Source of the DNA: Mustelus asterias
Lineage: Eukaryota
Direction of reading: 5' to 3'
Length of the DNA stretch: 64,000 nt
Assembly: GCF_964213995.1 (NCBI RefSeq)
Contig: NC_135814.1
Location: 14,508,001 to 14,572,000 of the forward strand
Every line of letters begins with the position of its first letter. Position 1 is the first letter of the stretch. Below are positions 38,561 to 50,025 of the stretch, piece by piece. The notes under the pieces are model-generated. The model was not told where the DNA came from. It did not search any database and saw only the letters and a list, made by a program, of their open reading frames with translations. A program made the translations under genes and the position numbers.

Positions 38561-39557
38561 AGGTGGTACAGTGGCACAATGGTTAGCACTGCTGCCTCAC
38601 AGCACCAGGGACCCAGGTTCGATTCTGGCCTTGGGTGACTGTGTGGAGTTTGCACATTCTCCCTGTGTCTGCGTGGGTTTCTTCCATTTAAGACTTATCT
38701 AGACAGCTATATGAACGGAGTGGGAATGGAGGGATACAAAAGAGTGGTCTAGTTTGGACCAGGGAGCGGCGCGGGCTAATTGTTCTTTGTTTCTCGTTTC
38801 AAGGCTTCATTCTATGATCATCTTGCTAGTGCCAGTACAGAGCGAGACTGCGGATAGTTGGGAACCTGTCTCGGGGGCAGGGAATTCAGATGGTGTTCGT
38901 GGAAGTGGAAATGAATAGGGTTGGGAAGCATTTTCCGATCAGGGCCAGTGTGATCTCCTGGACTCGTTTCGATCGCCTCAGGGGGTCGGAGAGGAATTTC
39001 CCAGATCTTTTTCCCCATATTGGCCCTGGGGTTTTCACTCTGGGTTTTCGCCTCTCCCTGGAGATCACATGGTCTGAAATGGGGGGGTGGGGGTGAGTTA
39101 ATAGGTTGTGATGAACAAAGCATCGTAGTTGTGAGGGACAGCTCGGTGGATAGGATATTAGTATGTAGATAGGCTGGAAAATTGGGCGGGGATCCTGGAT
39201 TCAGGATTCAATCCTGGACCGGGGAGCGGCGCGGGCTTGGAGGGCCGTAGGGCCTGTTCCTGTGCTGTATTGTTCTTTGTTCTTTGTTCTTCTTTGTTCT
39301 TTGTTTGTTCCAGTTGCTCCAATTTCCTCCCTCAGTCTAAAGATGCGCAGGTTAGGTGGATTGGCGATACTAAATTGCCCCGTAGAGTCCACAGATGTGT
39401 AGGTTATGTGGATCGGCGATGCTAAGTGCATAGGTTTATGGGGATGGGATGGGGAGTGGGCCTGATAAGGTGCTCTTTCAGAGAGTTGGTGCAGACTTGA
39501 TAGGCTGAATGGCCTCTTTCTGCTCTGTAGGGATTCTATAATTTCATGATTCTATGA
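38561..39557 (+). mobile_element. HE1-type V-SINE split by the composite CR1-derived element
   Basis: 5' part 38561-38685 and 3' part 39308-39557 rejoin within the V-domain. Confidence 0.8.
38686..39307 (+). mobile_element. Composite non-autonomous CR1-derived element inserted in a V-SINE
   Basis: CR1 3' segment, structured middle, short RT-derived piece, repeated TGGACC(A/G)GGGAGCGGCGCGGGCT and (TTCTTTG)n tail. Flanked by TTCCA inside the host SINE. Confidence 0.7.
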
Positions 39558-40638
39558 AGTAGGCTGGGGGCTTTCCAATTCTGGATGGGTGATACCTTTA
39601 GCCTTATCATGAAGTCAGGTGGGCTGGCGAGAATGAAATGAATGTGTTGGACTGGCATTTAAATATGGCACCCAGACCTTTGAACCCCCGCTGCTGACGG
39701 AATTATCTCCTGAGCCGCCAGGTGATTCAGAGTGATATTCACTTGTGCATAATTAATGAGGTTCTGAGCAGGTTCTCAATGGTGCTTCCAGAACCGCCCA
39801 CCACTGCACTTAGCCAAAAATTGGAAAGTTCTGCCCTTGACTTTTAGCTCCAGGTTTATACGTGCAGAATTCTACAAATTTATCTCAGACAAGTAGAAGA
39901 ACATATCCACTAAAATAAATTAATAACTGCCCCGTGGCCCAAGAAATTCATTCTCTCTGACTGGCTTATATGTAAATTTGTCTGCTATTGTGTAGCTCAA
40001 ATTACTTGATTTTATCAAGCTCTGAACAGCCACAGACAATGCTTCCGATAAGAAAAATCTCTGGATTTTCTCCGACAAACGTAATCTTTCTTTAAAAAGT
40101 ATTATCAGTTATACCACATAAACAATGTTCTTTGATTCTCAGGTGCAAAGTCATTGTTGTGTGTAATTGTCTCTAAATACACTTATCACAATATTCTTGA
40201 GCTTCATTCATAGGCAGATATTTTTCCAGGTATTATTAAAATACTTCACTAAAATATCAATGCACCTTGAGTTAATTTGTAGGAAGGATTTTTTTTTTGG
40301 TTTTACGCCAACTTTGTAATCTTGAAGGGGCTGATACATTTGTTCTTTAATAATACTAATTTGAACAGGCTAAGTGGCAGGGCAAGCTCAGATAGAATTC
40401 TTGGAACACAGATATATGTGTAAGATATTAATTCCATGACATGATTTCTAAATGTGGACACTGGGTTAGAACTATATTTGTGCTGTCCTTCCATTCTGCT
40501 GTTCAAGGTCGACTTCAATGCTTCATGTTGCTGAAGGGTTACATGCTCCTGTTGCATTTGATATTGAAGGACGGTTAGCTGTTCTTTAAATTGTTCATTT
40601 CCTTGTTGACCTCTTGCAAACTTACATTACACTTCAGT

Positions 40639-41323
40639 CCCTTACTATGCTCCTTATACACCTATGACTGCCTGGCTAAATTCTACTCCAACTCCATCTT
40701 CTGATATCGTAAAAGTTTAAAGTTTATTTCTTAGTGTCACAAGTAGGCTTACATTAAAACTACAATGAGGTTACTGTGAAAATCCCCCAGTCGCCACACT
40801 CCGGTGCCTGTTCGGGCACACTGAGGGAGAATTTAGCATGGCTAATGCACCTAACCAGCACATCTGTCAGACTGTGGGAGGAAACCGGAGCACCCGGAAG
40901 AAACCCACGCAGACACAGGGAAAACGTTCAGACTCCCCACAGACAGTGACCCGAGGCTGGAATTGAACCCAGGTCCCTGGCGCTGTGAGGCAGCAGTGCT
41001 AATCACTGTGCCATCGTGCCACCCATATAAGATAAGATATAAAAGGCTGAAAACACGTACCAACCGACTCAAGAACAGCTTCTTCCCTGCTATCGGTGGG
41101 GCTGAGTGTCGGTAGGGCTGAGTGTCGGTGGGGCTGGTCCTTTCATATGTTAAGCTGATCTTTTTCTTCACCCTACCTGTAACTGCAACACTGTTTCCTG
41201 CACCCTATCCTTTTACTCCTCCTCTATGTACTCTTTAAACGGTATGTTTTATCTATATAGTGTGCAAGAAATAATACTTTTCACTGTAACCCATTACATG
41301 TGAGAATAATAAATCAAATCAAA
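40639..41323 (+). mobile_element. Internally deleted Rex1/Babar element with nested V-SINE
   Basis: SPLLCSLYTYDCLAKFYSNSIF RT piece, RTNRLKNSFFP end, (AAATC)n tail. TSD TTCAGT at 40633-40638 and 41324-41329. Confidence 0.75.
40714..41024 (-). mobile_element. V-SINE, alternative tail subfamily, nested in Rex1
   Basis: Full reverse copy. Confidence 0.85.
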
Positions 41324-43249
41324 TTCAGTGCATTGCTTTGTCGCTGCTGCTGGTTTCAGTGTACCCTTTTCTGAGGTAGTATTCAACATCTCTTGTACAG
41401 TCCCATGTTTTTCCAGGGTCACATATTGATTCTTCAGAGCCTTTCAAGGCAGAACTTCTTTGAGTACATCTTCTGCCTGCTATTTTACCTGGCTGTCCTT
41501 CTGGTTGAGTTTTTCAAACTCCCTTTTCAACTTGCCAACAATGGAATTCAGAGTTATTATTTCCTCCCTGCGCTTTTCTGGAGATACATACTGAATCTGC
41601 ACACGATTAAGATTTTCAATTCTTGCATTCATCCAAACATTCAACCTTTCTGCTTCTTTCAAAGTCCCTTTGAGTCTTTGTGGCATCTCAGAAATTTATT
41701 TGTTCAGATCTTGAACAGTTTGGTTCATTGAAAAATATACTTTATCACGTGCTTTCAAAGGTATATACTCAGCTTGAATCTTGTGTTTCAAACCTTCCAA
41801 TTCAGCTTTGATCAGACATTTTAGGTTAATTCCTATCTTTTTTTCTCCCCCCTGATTCAGAGATTGGTCATCATTTTGGTTTCATTATTAACGAGGTCTG
41901 CCTCCAATGAAGTCTTTGCATGGAAACTTCCGCAGAGGATGTTTGGGCAGTGCAAGGGTTAATGTGGGACTGGGAAGCATTACGGCAGGAGTACTGTGCA
42001 TAGTATGATGTAAAGAGAGATATTAGTCTGAGTAGTAGCCAAACAGAAGTCAGCATGGAGACAGCACCCGTGCCAAACTGTACCTTTGGATGTATATAGC
42101 TATGCGTTGTTAATAAACCCTTAATGTTTAACCATACAAACCTCCAGACCTCTCAGTGAGACATGGTGGCAAGGAAGGATGGACCTTCTCCAGTGGAGCT
42201 ACAGTGTTCAAAGATTATTTGATCATTTATGAATACACTTTTTAAGAATGAAGTCTGCCTCCAATGAAGCAACTTCCTGGGGGAATCAGAAGATCAGCGG
42301 CCAGTGACTCACTGCTTCTGCCATGGGAAATCCCACTGCAGAGGGGGGGATGGAACATCCCAATCTAGAAGGTACCCAGCTGGGAAAAAAAAGGGGTCAG
42401 GTTTTGGGAGCGGAGAATGGCTTTAGATTGGTTCTGCGAGAATAAAGTGGCCACTTAAAAGACAGTATAAAGTATAATGGTGGGATTTTTGGACGTGTTG
42501 ACTATGTGTGGCATAGGGTTTTTAGTCATTTTAGAAGTCACAAGTGCGGTGTTTCTGTTGTTTAAAGTATAAGATACTGATTAAATAGGAGTTAGCCATT
42601 TTGTTTAGTTTGTTTGCCACATTGCAAGTCTTAAAACTCATATTCTTAACATGTGCTTCTTTTAGCCAGATACAGGAAATGTATCTTTTTAAATTATTGT
42701 TCTCCACAATATAATGCTTTCATTATTATTGAAGCTTTCATATCAAGGGCCACAACATGACTCCATAACATTGAGACACTAACAAGAAAGAAATGTAGAA
42801 TGATCAGCTATGATACAAGACATCATTACACTGTCGCAGATTCAAAGGAGACATGTTGAAACACTTTCCCTCAATTAGGCAACCAACATGTCAAATCACA
42901 GGCCTGAATCAGTCTTGAAATGTAAAACTATGAGTTTTCAAACAGCAGAAAGGAGGTGAAAAGTTGCAGCATGCTTGTTTCAAAACTAAGATATTGCAGT
43001 ACACAACAATTTCTTGAGTTTATGCCACATGACATGCTAAGCAGTGCTTTGAATACTGAGAACCACTGTTTAGAAAGGATATATTGGCCATGTTGGGGTT
43101 CAAACTGTGACCAGGGCTCCAAGAGTCAGATTATAAGAGATTACAAAAATTAGTTTGACATTTCCTCAAATGTAAAAAGTTAAGGGGTGATTTTATTGAG
43201 GTTTTTGCAGAATTGAAAGGAATTCATACAGTAAATCGAGGCAAAGACC

Positions 43250-44248
43250 TATCCAGCCCTCACTCCTGTACTCACTAACATATACTTGCTCCCAGTCAAA
43301 TGATGCCTTGATTTTAAAATTCTCTTTCCTCTTTTCAAATCCCTCCATGGCATCCCCTCTCATCTTCTCTTTAATTTCTTCAAGGCATACAATCATAAAA
43401 TCATAGAGGTTTACAGCATGGAAACAGGCCCTTCGGCCCAACTTGTCCATGCCGCCCAGTTTTTACCACTAAGCTAGCCCCAATTGCCCACATTTGGCCC
43501 ATATCCCTCTACATCCATCTTACCCATGTAACTGTCTAAATGCTTTTTAAAAGACAAAATTGTACCCGCCTGTACTATTGCCTCTGGCAGCTCGTTCTAG
43601 ACACTTATGACCCTTTGAGTGAAAAAATTGCCCCTCTGGCCCATTTTGTATCTCCCTCCTCTCACCTTAAACATATGCACTCTGGTTTTAGACTCCCCTA
43701 CCTTGGTAAAAGATGTTGACTATCTAGCTGATCTATGTCCCTCATTATTTTATAGACCTCTATAAGATCATCCCTAAGCCTCCTGCACTCCAGCGAAAAA
43801 AGTCCCAGTCTATCCAGCCTCTCCTTATATCTCAAACCATCAAGGCCCGGTAGCATCCTAGTAAATCTTTTCTGCACTCTTTCCAGTTTAATAATATCCT
43901 TCCTATAATAGGGTGACCAGAACTGTGCACAGTATTCCAAGTGTCATCTGAGAGACTTGCACTCCTCCAGCTTCAAGTGTAGCTCGGATTTAATAGCCTC
44001 CACCATTCGAGGCTATGTCTTCAGCTACTAAAGTGCTGAACTGCAGAATTCTTTTCTGAACACTTTCCGCCTTTCCTAATCTTTTTCTTCCTTTTTAGAT
44101 GCTCCTTACAACCATTTTGTTACCGACCCTAATATTTCTTGTGCTGCTTTGTGTCATATTTTATTTGATAATGTTCCTGTAAAGAACTTTGGGATGTTCT
44201 GCCATGTTGAAAGCATTATATAAACACAGGCTACTGTTGTTGTTGTCA
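43250..44248 (+). mobile_element. L2 LINE 3' remnant (split by CR1)
   Basis: TPVLTNIYLLPVK*CLDFKIL resembles the L2 ITPVLxxLHWLP motif, with a (TGT)n tail at about 44235. Confidence 0.6.
43392..43944 (-). mobile_element. CR1 LINE 3' fragment inserted in an L2 remnant
   Basis: ORF 43698..43940 EYCAQFWSPYYRKDIIKLERVQKRFTRM. Same subfamily as 4695-5265. Confidence 0.9.
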
Positions 44249-44658
44249 TATATTTTCATGATTTGATCATAATTATGCCCTGAATTTTTCAGTTGCTGCG
44301 CATATGCCTGTCTGGTAGGCCTGGAAGCGAATGTAAACTCTGCTCCCACCATCTGGCTGTCTGGTTAATAGCAACCCAACGTGAAAGGGTTGAGAGCCCA
44401 GCGGTAATGGGGGTGGGTGGGGTAACAGAACAGGGTGGGTGTCCCAAGGAGTCAGCTGAAGGCAGGGGACAGCTGGTGGAGAGCGTGTTAAAAAGATACA
44501 AGGGGAAGGAAGCTGTGAAGGTCATGAGGAGGAGCTTTGGAAGTTTGTGTTGTGGCTGGAGTAATTAAATATTTTCCATTAGATTCAAAGGCAGAAGCAA
44601 CTTGTGCGTGGACTTGAGTAATGTTGTCCAGAGGGTCAAGCCGCAGAAGTGAGCATGG

Positions 44659-44895
44659 AATGGCCACAGCCAAGCCAGCCCCTTATTTATCAGATGACTG
44701 CTTGCGGACATTCATGCAGGTGGTAAATGATCGCTGTGAGATAATGCTGACATCTGAGGGCAAGAGGAGACCTTCGCATGTCAACAAGAAAGCATGGACA
44801 GAGGTGGTAGCATTAGTCAGCAGCTGTGGGGGTCATCTCAAAGACCTGAGTGCAGAGTCAGAAGCTGTTGAATGAACTCCAGTCTTCAAAGGTGA
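44659..44895 (+). pseudogene. Harbinger-associated Myb/SANT-like ORF remnant
   Basis: APYLSDDCLRTFMQVVNDRCEIMLTSEGKRRPSHVNKKAWTEVVALVS, then after a frameshift VISKT*VQSQKLLNEL, followed by a GTGAGT donor. Confidence 0.6.
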
Positions 44896-45613
44896 GTAAG
44901 GAAGCCACTTTGCACCTTGATTGAGTGTTTATGTGTAGGCCTGCATTCGGAGGAGGCTGGAAGGTGGTAAGCGACCAGCACCAGTTGCCTAGTTGTTCTG
45001 TGCCCTAACAGGCTGCTTGGCACCAGACAGGATGGTAGGCATGGTTAGAAGGAAGCAATCCTGCAATGTAGTGCACATTACCAAACACAAAGTGTACCTT
45101 TAAAATGTTGCTACCATAAATCTGCATTAAAAATAGATTGTTCAACTGCTAAAATACCATTTTTTAAAAAATGGTTTTCATTTGCACATTTCCATGGCTA
45201 AGCCAACAAGTAAAAACATTGAAGTAGTCAAACAGAGACACTCATCTTCTCATATATTAGTTCACTTTTGCCTGTCAAAACTGAAGAAGCTTTTGTGACC
45301 TGCTATTGCATGTTCTTGCACCTCTTTGTTACGTGAATAAAGCTGTTTGAAGCTTTTACTCCAGAATCGTTTTCTTTTTGCTTTGCTATATTGCAACGGA
45401 TGACTTACAGCTGGATTAACAATTGAGACTGAAGTCTGAATATTATTGTGTTGGAAGACCTTTCCCTTTTATATGCTTGCAGTTTTATCTACTACCTAGT
45501 GATGTGGTGGGCGAGATAACTAGTGGCTGCATATAATGCCACCACTGGTCCTGACCAGAATGGAGATGATTGGGTAGCTCCTTCATCAATAATGGTTGGA
45601 GATTATACGATTG

Positions 45614-46021
45614 TGGGTGGCATGGTGGTTAGCACTGCTGCCTCATGCTGCCAGGGACCCAGGTTCAATTCCAGCCTCGGGTAACTGTCTGTACGGAGCT
45701 GTCCCCGTGTCTGCATGGGTTTCCTCTGGGTGCTCTGATTTCCTCTCACAGTCCAAAGATGTTCAGGTTAGGTTGATTGGCCATGATAAATTGCTCCTTA
45801 ATATCGAGTTGAATAGTCAATTAATAATTAAATAATCAGTCCAAAGATGTGCAGGTTAGCTGGGTTGGCCATGTTAAATTTCCTCTTAAACTGTAGATTA
45901 GGAAGGTTAGTGGGGTAAATATTTGGGGTTATGGGGATAGGCCCTGGGTGGGATTGTTGTCAGTGCAGACTCGATTGGCCGAATTACCTCCTCCTGCATT
46001 GTAGGGATTCTATGATTCTAT
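45614..46021 (+). mobile_element. HE1-type V-SINE with internal duplication
   Basis: AGTCCAAAGATGT...GGCCATG segment occurs twice. Confidence 0.8.
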
Positions 46022-46399
46022 AACCGTAGGTGTTCAGGATTGATTTTACAGTCATAATTTGCATAATATAACTATCCTCCACCAATTGCACTTTGCTGGA
46101 AAAATAATCCTGCTTTTATTAGTAGAAGTTGCTGCAGTTTTGTTCATGAGTTCTCTTTGCTGTAGTACTTACAGACTGTTTAAATAGACTTTGTAAAGGA
46201 GTCTTTATTGGTTTGTCTGTTCATTGAGTAAATTAACTTTGCTACAAACGGCACTTGTTTCTCCTAAGTCTTGCCGTTAGTTCCACCTTGCCTCCAACTC
46301 ATTGTTTGATACAATTGGACCCAGAATGGTAAATTATGTACAGACAACTTTCAGGCCCTAGATGTAGTGGCCTTGATCTGGCCTATTGAGTTAAGGAAG

Positions 46400-46586
46400 G
46401 TCCAAAGATGTGCGGGTTAGGTTGATTGGCCATGTTAAAATTGCCCCTTAGTGTCCTGAGATGTGTAGGTTAGAGGGATTAGCGGGTAAATATGTAGGGG
46501 AAGGGCCTGGGTGGGATTGTGGTCGGTGCAGACTCGATGGGCCAAATGGCCTCTTTCTGCACTGTAGGGTTTCTGTGATTTCTGTG
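46400..46586 (+). mobile_element. HE1-type V-SINE, 5'-truncated
   Basis: GTCCAAAGATGTGCGGG through the tail. Confidence 0.8.
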
Positions 46587-46859
46587 AAGGTGATGAGCAA
46601 GTCTGGGTATGAAGCTACAGGGGTTAGAGAAAACTAAGCATAAATCAAGCTAGCACGATCACGATCACGAATCATTTTATATCTTCTCGAGGTCAGTAAT
46701 ATAATGCTGAGGAACTGGAGAATGAAGCAAGTTCAGAGTGGATAAGAAATATAAAAATGTATAGAAGCATAGAAAACTTATGATGTTAAAGGCCATTCAG
46801 CCCATCACATCAGCGCTGGCCAGAAAAAGTCTCAAAAGTAACTAACTGTTCATTTTAAT

Positions 46860-47168
46860 CCTAATGTTCTGGGGACCCGACAGATGGTGGAATTTGAATT
46901 CAATGAAAAAAAATCTGGAATTAAGAATCTGCTGATGACCACTAAACCATTGTCAATTGTTGGAAAATGCCATCTTGGTCACTAGTGTCCTTTAGGGAAG
47001 GAAATCTGCCATCTTTACCTGGTCTGGCTTACATGTGACTCCAGATCCACAGCAATGCGATTGACGCTCAACTGCCCGAAATGCTCTAGCAATCCACTCA
47101 GTACAAGGGCAACTAGGGATAGGCAATAAATGCTGGCCAGCCAGCGATGCCCATTTCCCACAAATGAA
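46860..47168 (+). mobile_element. Second-family SINE, 5'-truncated
   Basis: Body and tail collinear with 7430-7763. Confidence 0.75.
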
Positions 47169-47169
47169 T

Positions 47170-48120
47170 GCAGATCCGGGTACCTTTTAAATGAGTGAAT
47201 TCCGGACCCCATTATCCCCTGGGTCAAAACGTTTTTCCTCATGTCTCCCCTAATCCGTCTACCAACCTCCATATGTCTGGCAGGTTCTGCCACACCTGCT
47301 GAGTTTTTCCAGCATTTTCTTCTTTTTATCATGCCTTACATCTATTCTCCTTAAAATTTACACCTCACCTCGGGGAAACAAGTGTTTCCTGCCTACCCTA
47401 TCTCGGCGCCTCATAATTTTAGTACACCTCAATTAGGTCGCCACATTGCCTCCTCTGATCTAAGGAAAGCAACCCTAGCCTATCCAATATCTCCTCATGG
47501 CTGCAATTTTCAAGGCCTGGCAGCATTCTTGTAAACCTCCTCTGCATTCTGTCCAGAGCAATTATGCCCTTCCTGTAATGTGGTGACTCGAACTGTAGCT
47601 AAAACTCCAAATGTAGCCTAATCAGCATTTTATACAGTTCCATCATTACATCCCTGCTCATCCAATAAAGGAAAGCATTCCATATTCTTTCTTGACCACC
47701 TGTCCTGCCACCTTCACGAACCTGGTGGAAAAGCACTCCAAGGTCTCTCACTTCCTCAATTCCCCTCAATACCTTCCCAATTATTGAGCATTCCTTTGCT
47801 TTGTTTGCCCTCCCCAAATGCATTCCCTCTCACTTTTCCAGTTTGTATTCCATTTGCCACTTCCCTGCCCGCTCAATCAAACTATTACACATATAAATAT
47901 GTGACATATTTAATGACATTAATTAAAATCTATATGTCACTTTTAGGTGCATCACGGTATCTAATGTATTTATGTATCACAGAATCATAGAATGGTTAGG
48001 GCACAGAAAGAGGCCATTTGGCCCATTGTGTTTGCACTGGCTCTCCAAAAGAACATCATGGCTTAGTACTATTCCCCTGCCTTTTCCCCATACCCCTATA
48101 CATTGTTTCCATTCAAGTAA
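47170..48120 (-). mobile_element. Degenerate CR1 fragments
   Basis: MHLGRANK...EEVRDLGVL, LYKMLIRLHLEF, and a separate CR1 tail at about 47980-48120. Confidence 0.65.
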
Positions 48121-48422
48121 TCAGCCTGCTTGATTGTCTCTAATATCCAGGTCATCAATATGTTTTCCTGAGCATTATTGCACCATCCTTGTGCGCTCCT
48201 GCCGTCAAGATGTGATTTGGGACACTCATTATACAAACTCCCGGTTCCTAGAGTAGCACTGTGGGGCATAACACACCAGTGTCAAATAAAAGTAATGCCT
48301 TTTGACTGAAGCTAATTTTGCACTTGGTGTCTCTCCGTCAAGGCAATGAGACGTAAGAGGCTGATGTCGAGCCTTAATGCTCCAACATAATTTGTTTTGT
48401 CATTTGTGGCACTGGTACTTAC

Positions 48423-48623
48423 CGGGTGTATTTAAAAGGCGTGACTTCTTGCAGTAGTAGGCTACTTGCTGTTCACAGTAGTCCATGCTATTAATCATGG
48501 CCCGGAGCTGTTCCATGCTGGCATTGTAGTTAAACTGCACGAGATGGGGGTTTTCTGCACTGGAGCCTCGTACTTTGGTTAGCTCAGTGTTGTTGTGCTG
48601 AATCACAGTCCAGGTTTTGTCCT
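48423..48623 (-). CDS. Contactin-associated protein-like (CNTNAP4/CNTNAP5 clade) internal exon, fibrinogen-like domain (equivalent to exon 13)
   Basis: 201 bp phase 1-1 exon, TCAG acceptor, GTAAGT donor. Translates (E)[66 protein letters not shown] and lies inside ORF 48400..48732. The next exon was not found in the window. Confidence 0.94.
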
Positions 48624-49014
48624 CTGATTTTTTTTTTAAAGAAATAAAAAACAATAAATGCACATTATGGCAATGGCATACATACAGGAACTGTAATTGA
48701 TTTGCAATGCAATCTGGAAAAGCTTTTTCCATGCCGGTGTAATTTTCCTGTAACTAACATTTGATCTTGAAGATCCATTATCATGGCTCAGAGTTAATGG
48801 TAGTAATTCCAGTGAAAAGTCAGCATCATCATCAATACTCCACTGAAACGGTGAGCAACTTCAGGGAGTCTCCACATGCGCAGAATAACACAGCTACTCA
48901 GAAGTTGTTGTCAATCATTCTGTTTCTCCAGAGGTAACAGTTGAGCCTCTCTTACCCAGACCAATCAATGGGAAATCTTTGAATTGATGTAAATTTCTTG
49001 CCCTATGCTGTTAA

Positions 49015-49307
49015 TCATAGAATCATAGAATCCCTACAGTGCAGAAGGGGGCCATTCGACCCATCAAACCTGCACTGACAACAATCCCAGCCAGACTCTA
49101 TCCCCGTAACCCCTGCACATTAAGGGGCAATTTTGCATGGCCAATCCACCTAACCTGCACATCTTTGGACTGTGGGAGGAAACCAGAGCACCCGGAGGAA
49201 ACCCATGCAGACACAAGGAGAATGTGCAAACTCCACACAGTCACCCAGGGCCAGAATCAAACCCGGGTCCCTGGTGTTGTGAGGCAGCAGTGCTAACCAC
49301 TGTGCCA
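49015..49307 (-). mobile_element. HE1-type V-SINE (CR1 tail)
   Basis: Reverse copy. Confidence 0.85.
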
Positions 49308-49487
49308 ATGAGCCACTCCCACTGCAAAAATGCTTGAAAAAGTTACACCTTGTTGAATGAAATGCAACTGAGTTTGTAACGATGTACTCTGTTCATAGTT
49401 AATGCTGTATCCTCACTGGTTGTAAAAAGCTAATTTTATATTAGTGGAATGTCAATGTTCCACATATCTTTTAAAATAAAATATATT

Positions 49488-49698
49488 GGGTGGGATTCCT
49501 TGGTCTTCCAGCCATGTGTTTTGCGACAGTGGGAGGCAAAGTGCCGTTTGTGGGTAGTGGGATTCTCCAGTCCCGCCGCTGTCAATGGAATTTCCCATTG
49601 AAGCCACTCCACACTGCCAGGAAACCCATGGGCGGGGGTGGGCTTCCGCCAGGACCAAAGAATCCCGCCCCCCAGGGAACGTCTGGAGAATCCTGCCC
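49488..49698. mobile_element. 211 bp MITE
   Basis: GGGTGGGATTC...GAATCCTGCCC, TSD ATT. Confidence 0.75.
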
Positions 49699-49774
49699 AT
49701 TGTTTCAAGTTTGGCTCTCTTTCTTGCGGCTTCTATTTTAATTGAGTCATAATCAGTCCCTTAGTATTACAAAA

Positions 49775-50025
49775 AATATGTTGAAAAGAGAGACATGTTG
49801 CCGAAGCTTTTCACCTTGCACTCATCAGGACAAACACAAGAATGCCAAATTTCAAATGACCCCAACAATTCATACTAGAGGGAAAAAGGATGCTGGTCAG
49901 GTTGGCAAATTAACTTTGATTGGCTGAGGCATTGCTGTGGGGAAAGCAAAATTGGAAAACTTGCGTTTGTCCAGATGATTGCAAAAAAATAACTTTGGTA
50001 ATATGTCTCTCTTTTTAGCAATATC
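49775..50025. mobile_element. Penelope-like remnant with inverted hammerhead-bearing ends
   Basis: Minus strand CTGATGA-GTGCAAGGT-GAAA-AGCTTCGG at 49801-49828, and a decayed opposite-strand copy at about 49965-50025. Confidence 0.5.

Larger units (their letters stand above)
34737..39836 (-). mobile_element. Putative ~5.1 kb decayed Harbinger-derived element carrying the Myb remnant and nested insertions
   Basis: Imperfect TIR-like ends GGGTGGGATTCTC and GGAAAGTTCTGCCC, both flanked by TTG (34734-34736, 39837-39839). Confidence 0.4.
40490..41815 (-). pseudogene. Decayed fragment of a UACA/RAI14/ANKRD24-family coiled-coil gene, split by a Rex1+SINE insertion
   Basis: Minus frame IQAEYIPLKARDK...DLNK*...QYVSPEKRREEIITL...LKNQYVTLEKHG...KQCTE continues in frame after removing 40639-41329 as V*CKFARGQQ...QQEHVTLQQHEALKSTLN. 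Periodic (Y/H)(I/V)xxxxH motifs are typical of this family (recognised from memory). Four in-frame stops. Confidence 0.65.

Noticed and set aside
1-48400. Next CNTNAP exon (DGxPxxWW...YWGG...CNCDAD)
   Set aside because: Not found by eye. The TACTGGGAGG hit near 38420 belongs to a Myb-like remnant. A missed exon cannot be fully excluded.
48400-48732. 110 aa ORF as a standalone gene
   Set aside because: Only 48423-48623 is exon. The flanks are intronic read-through.
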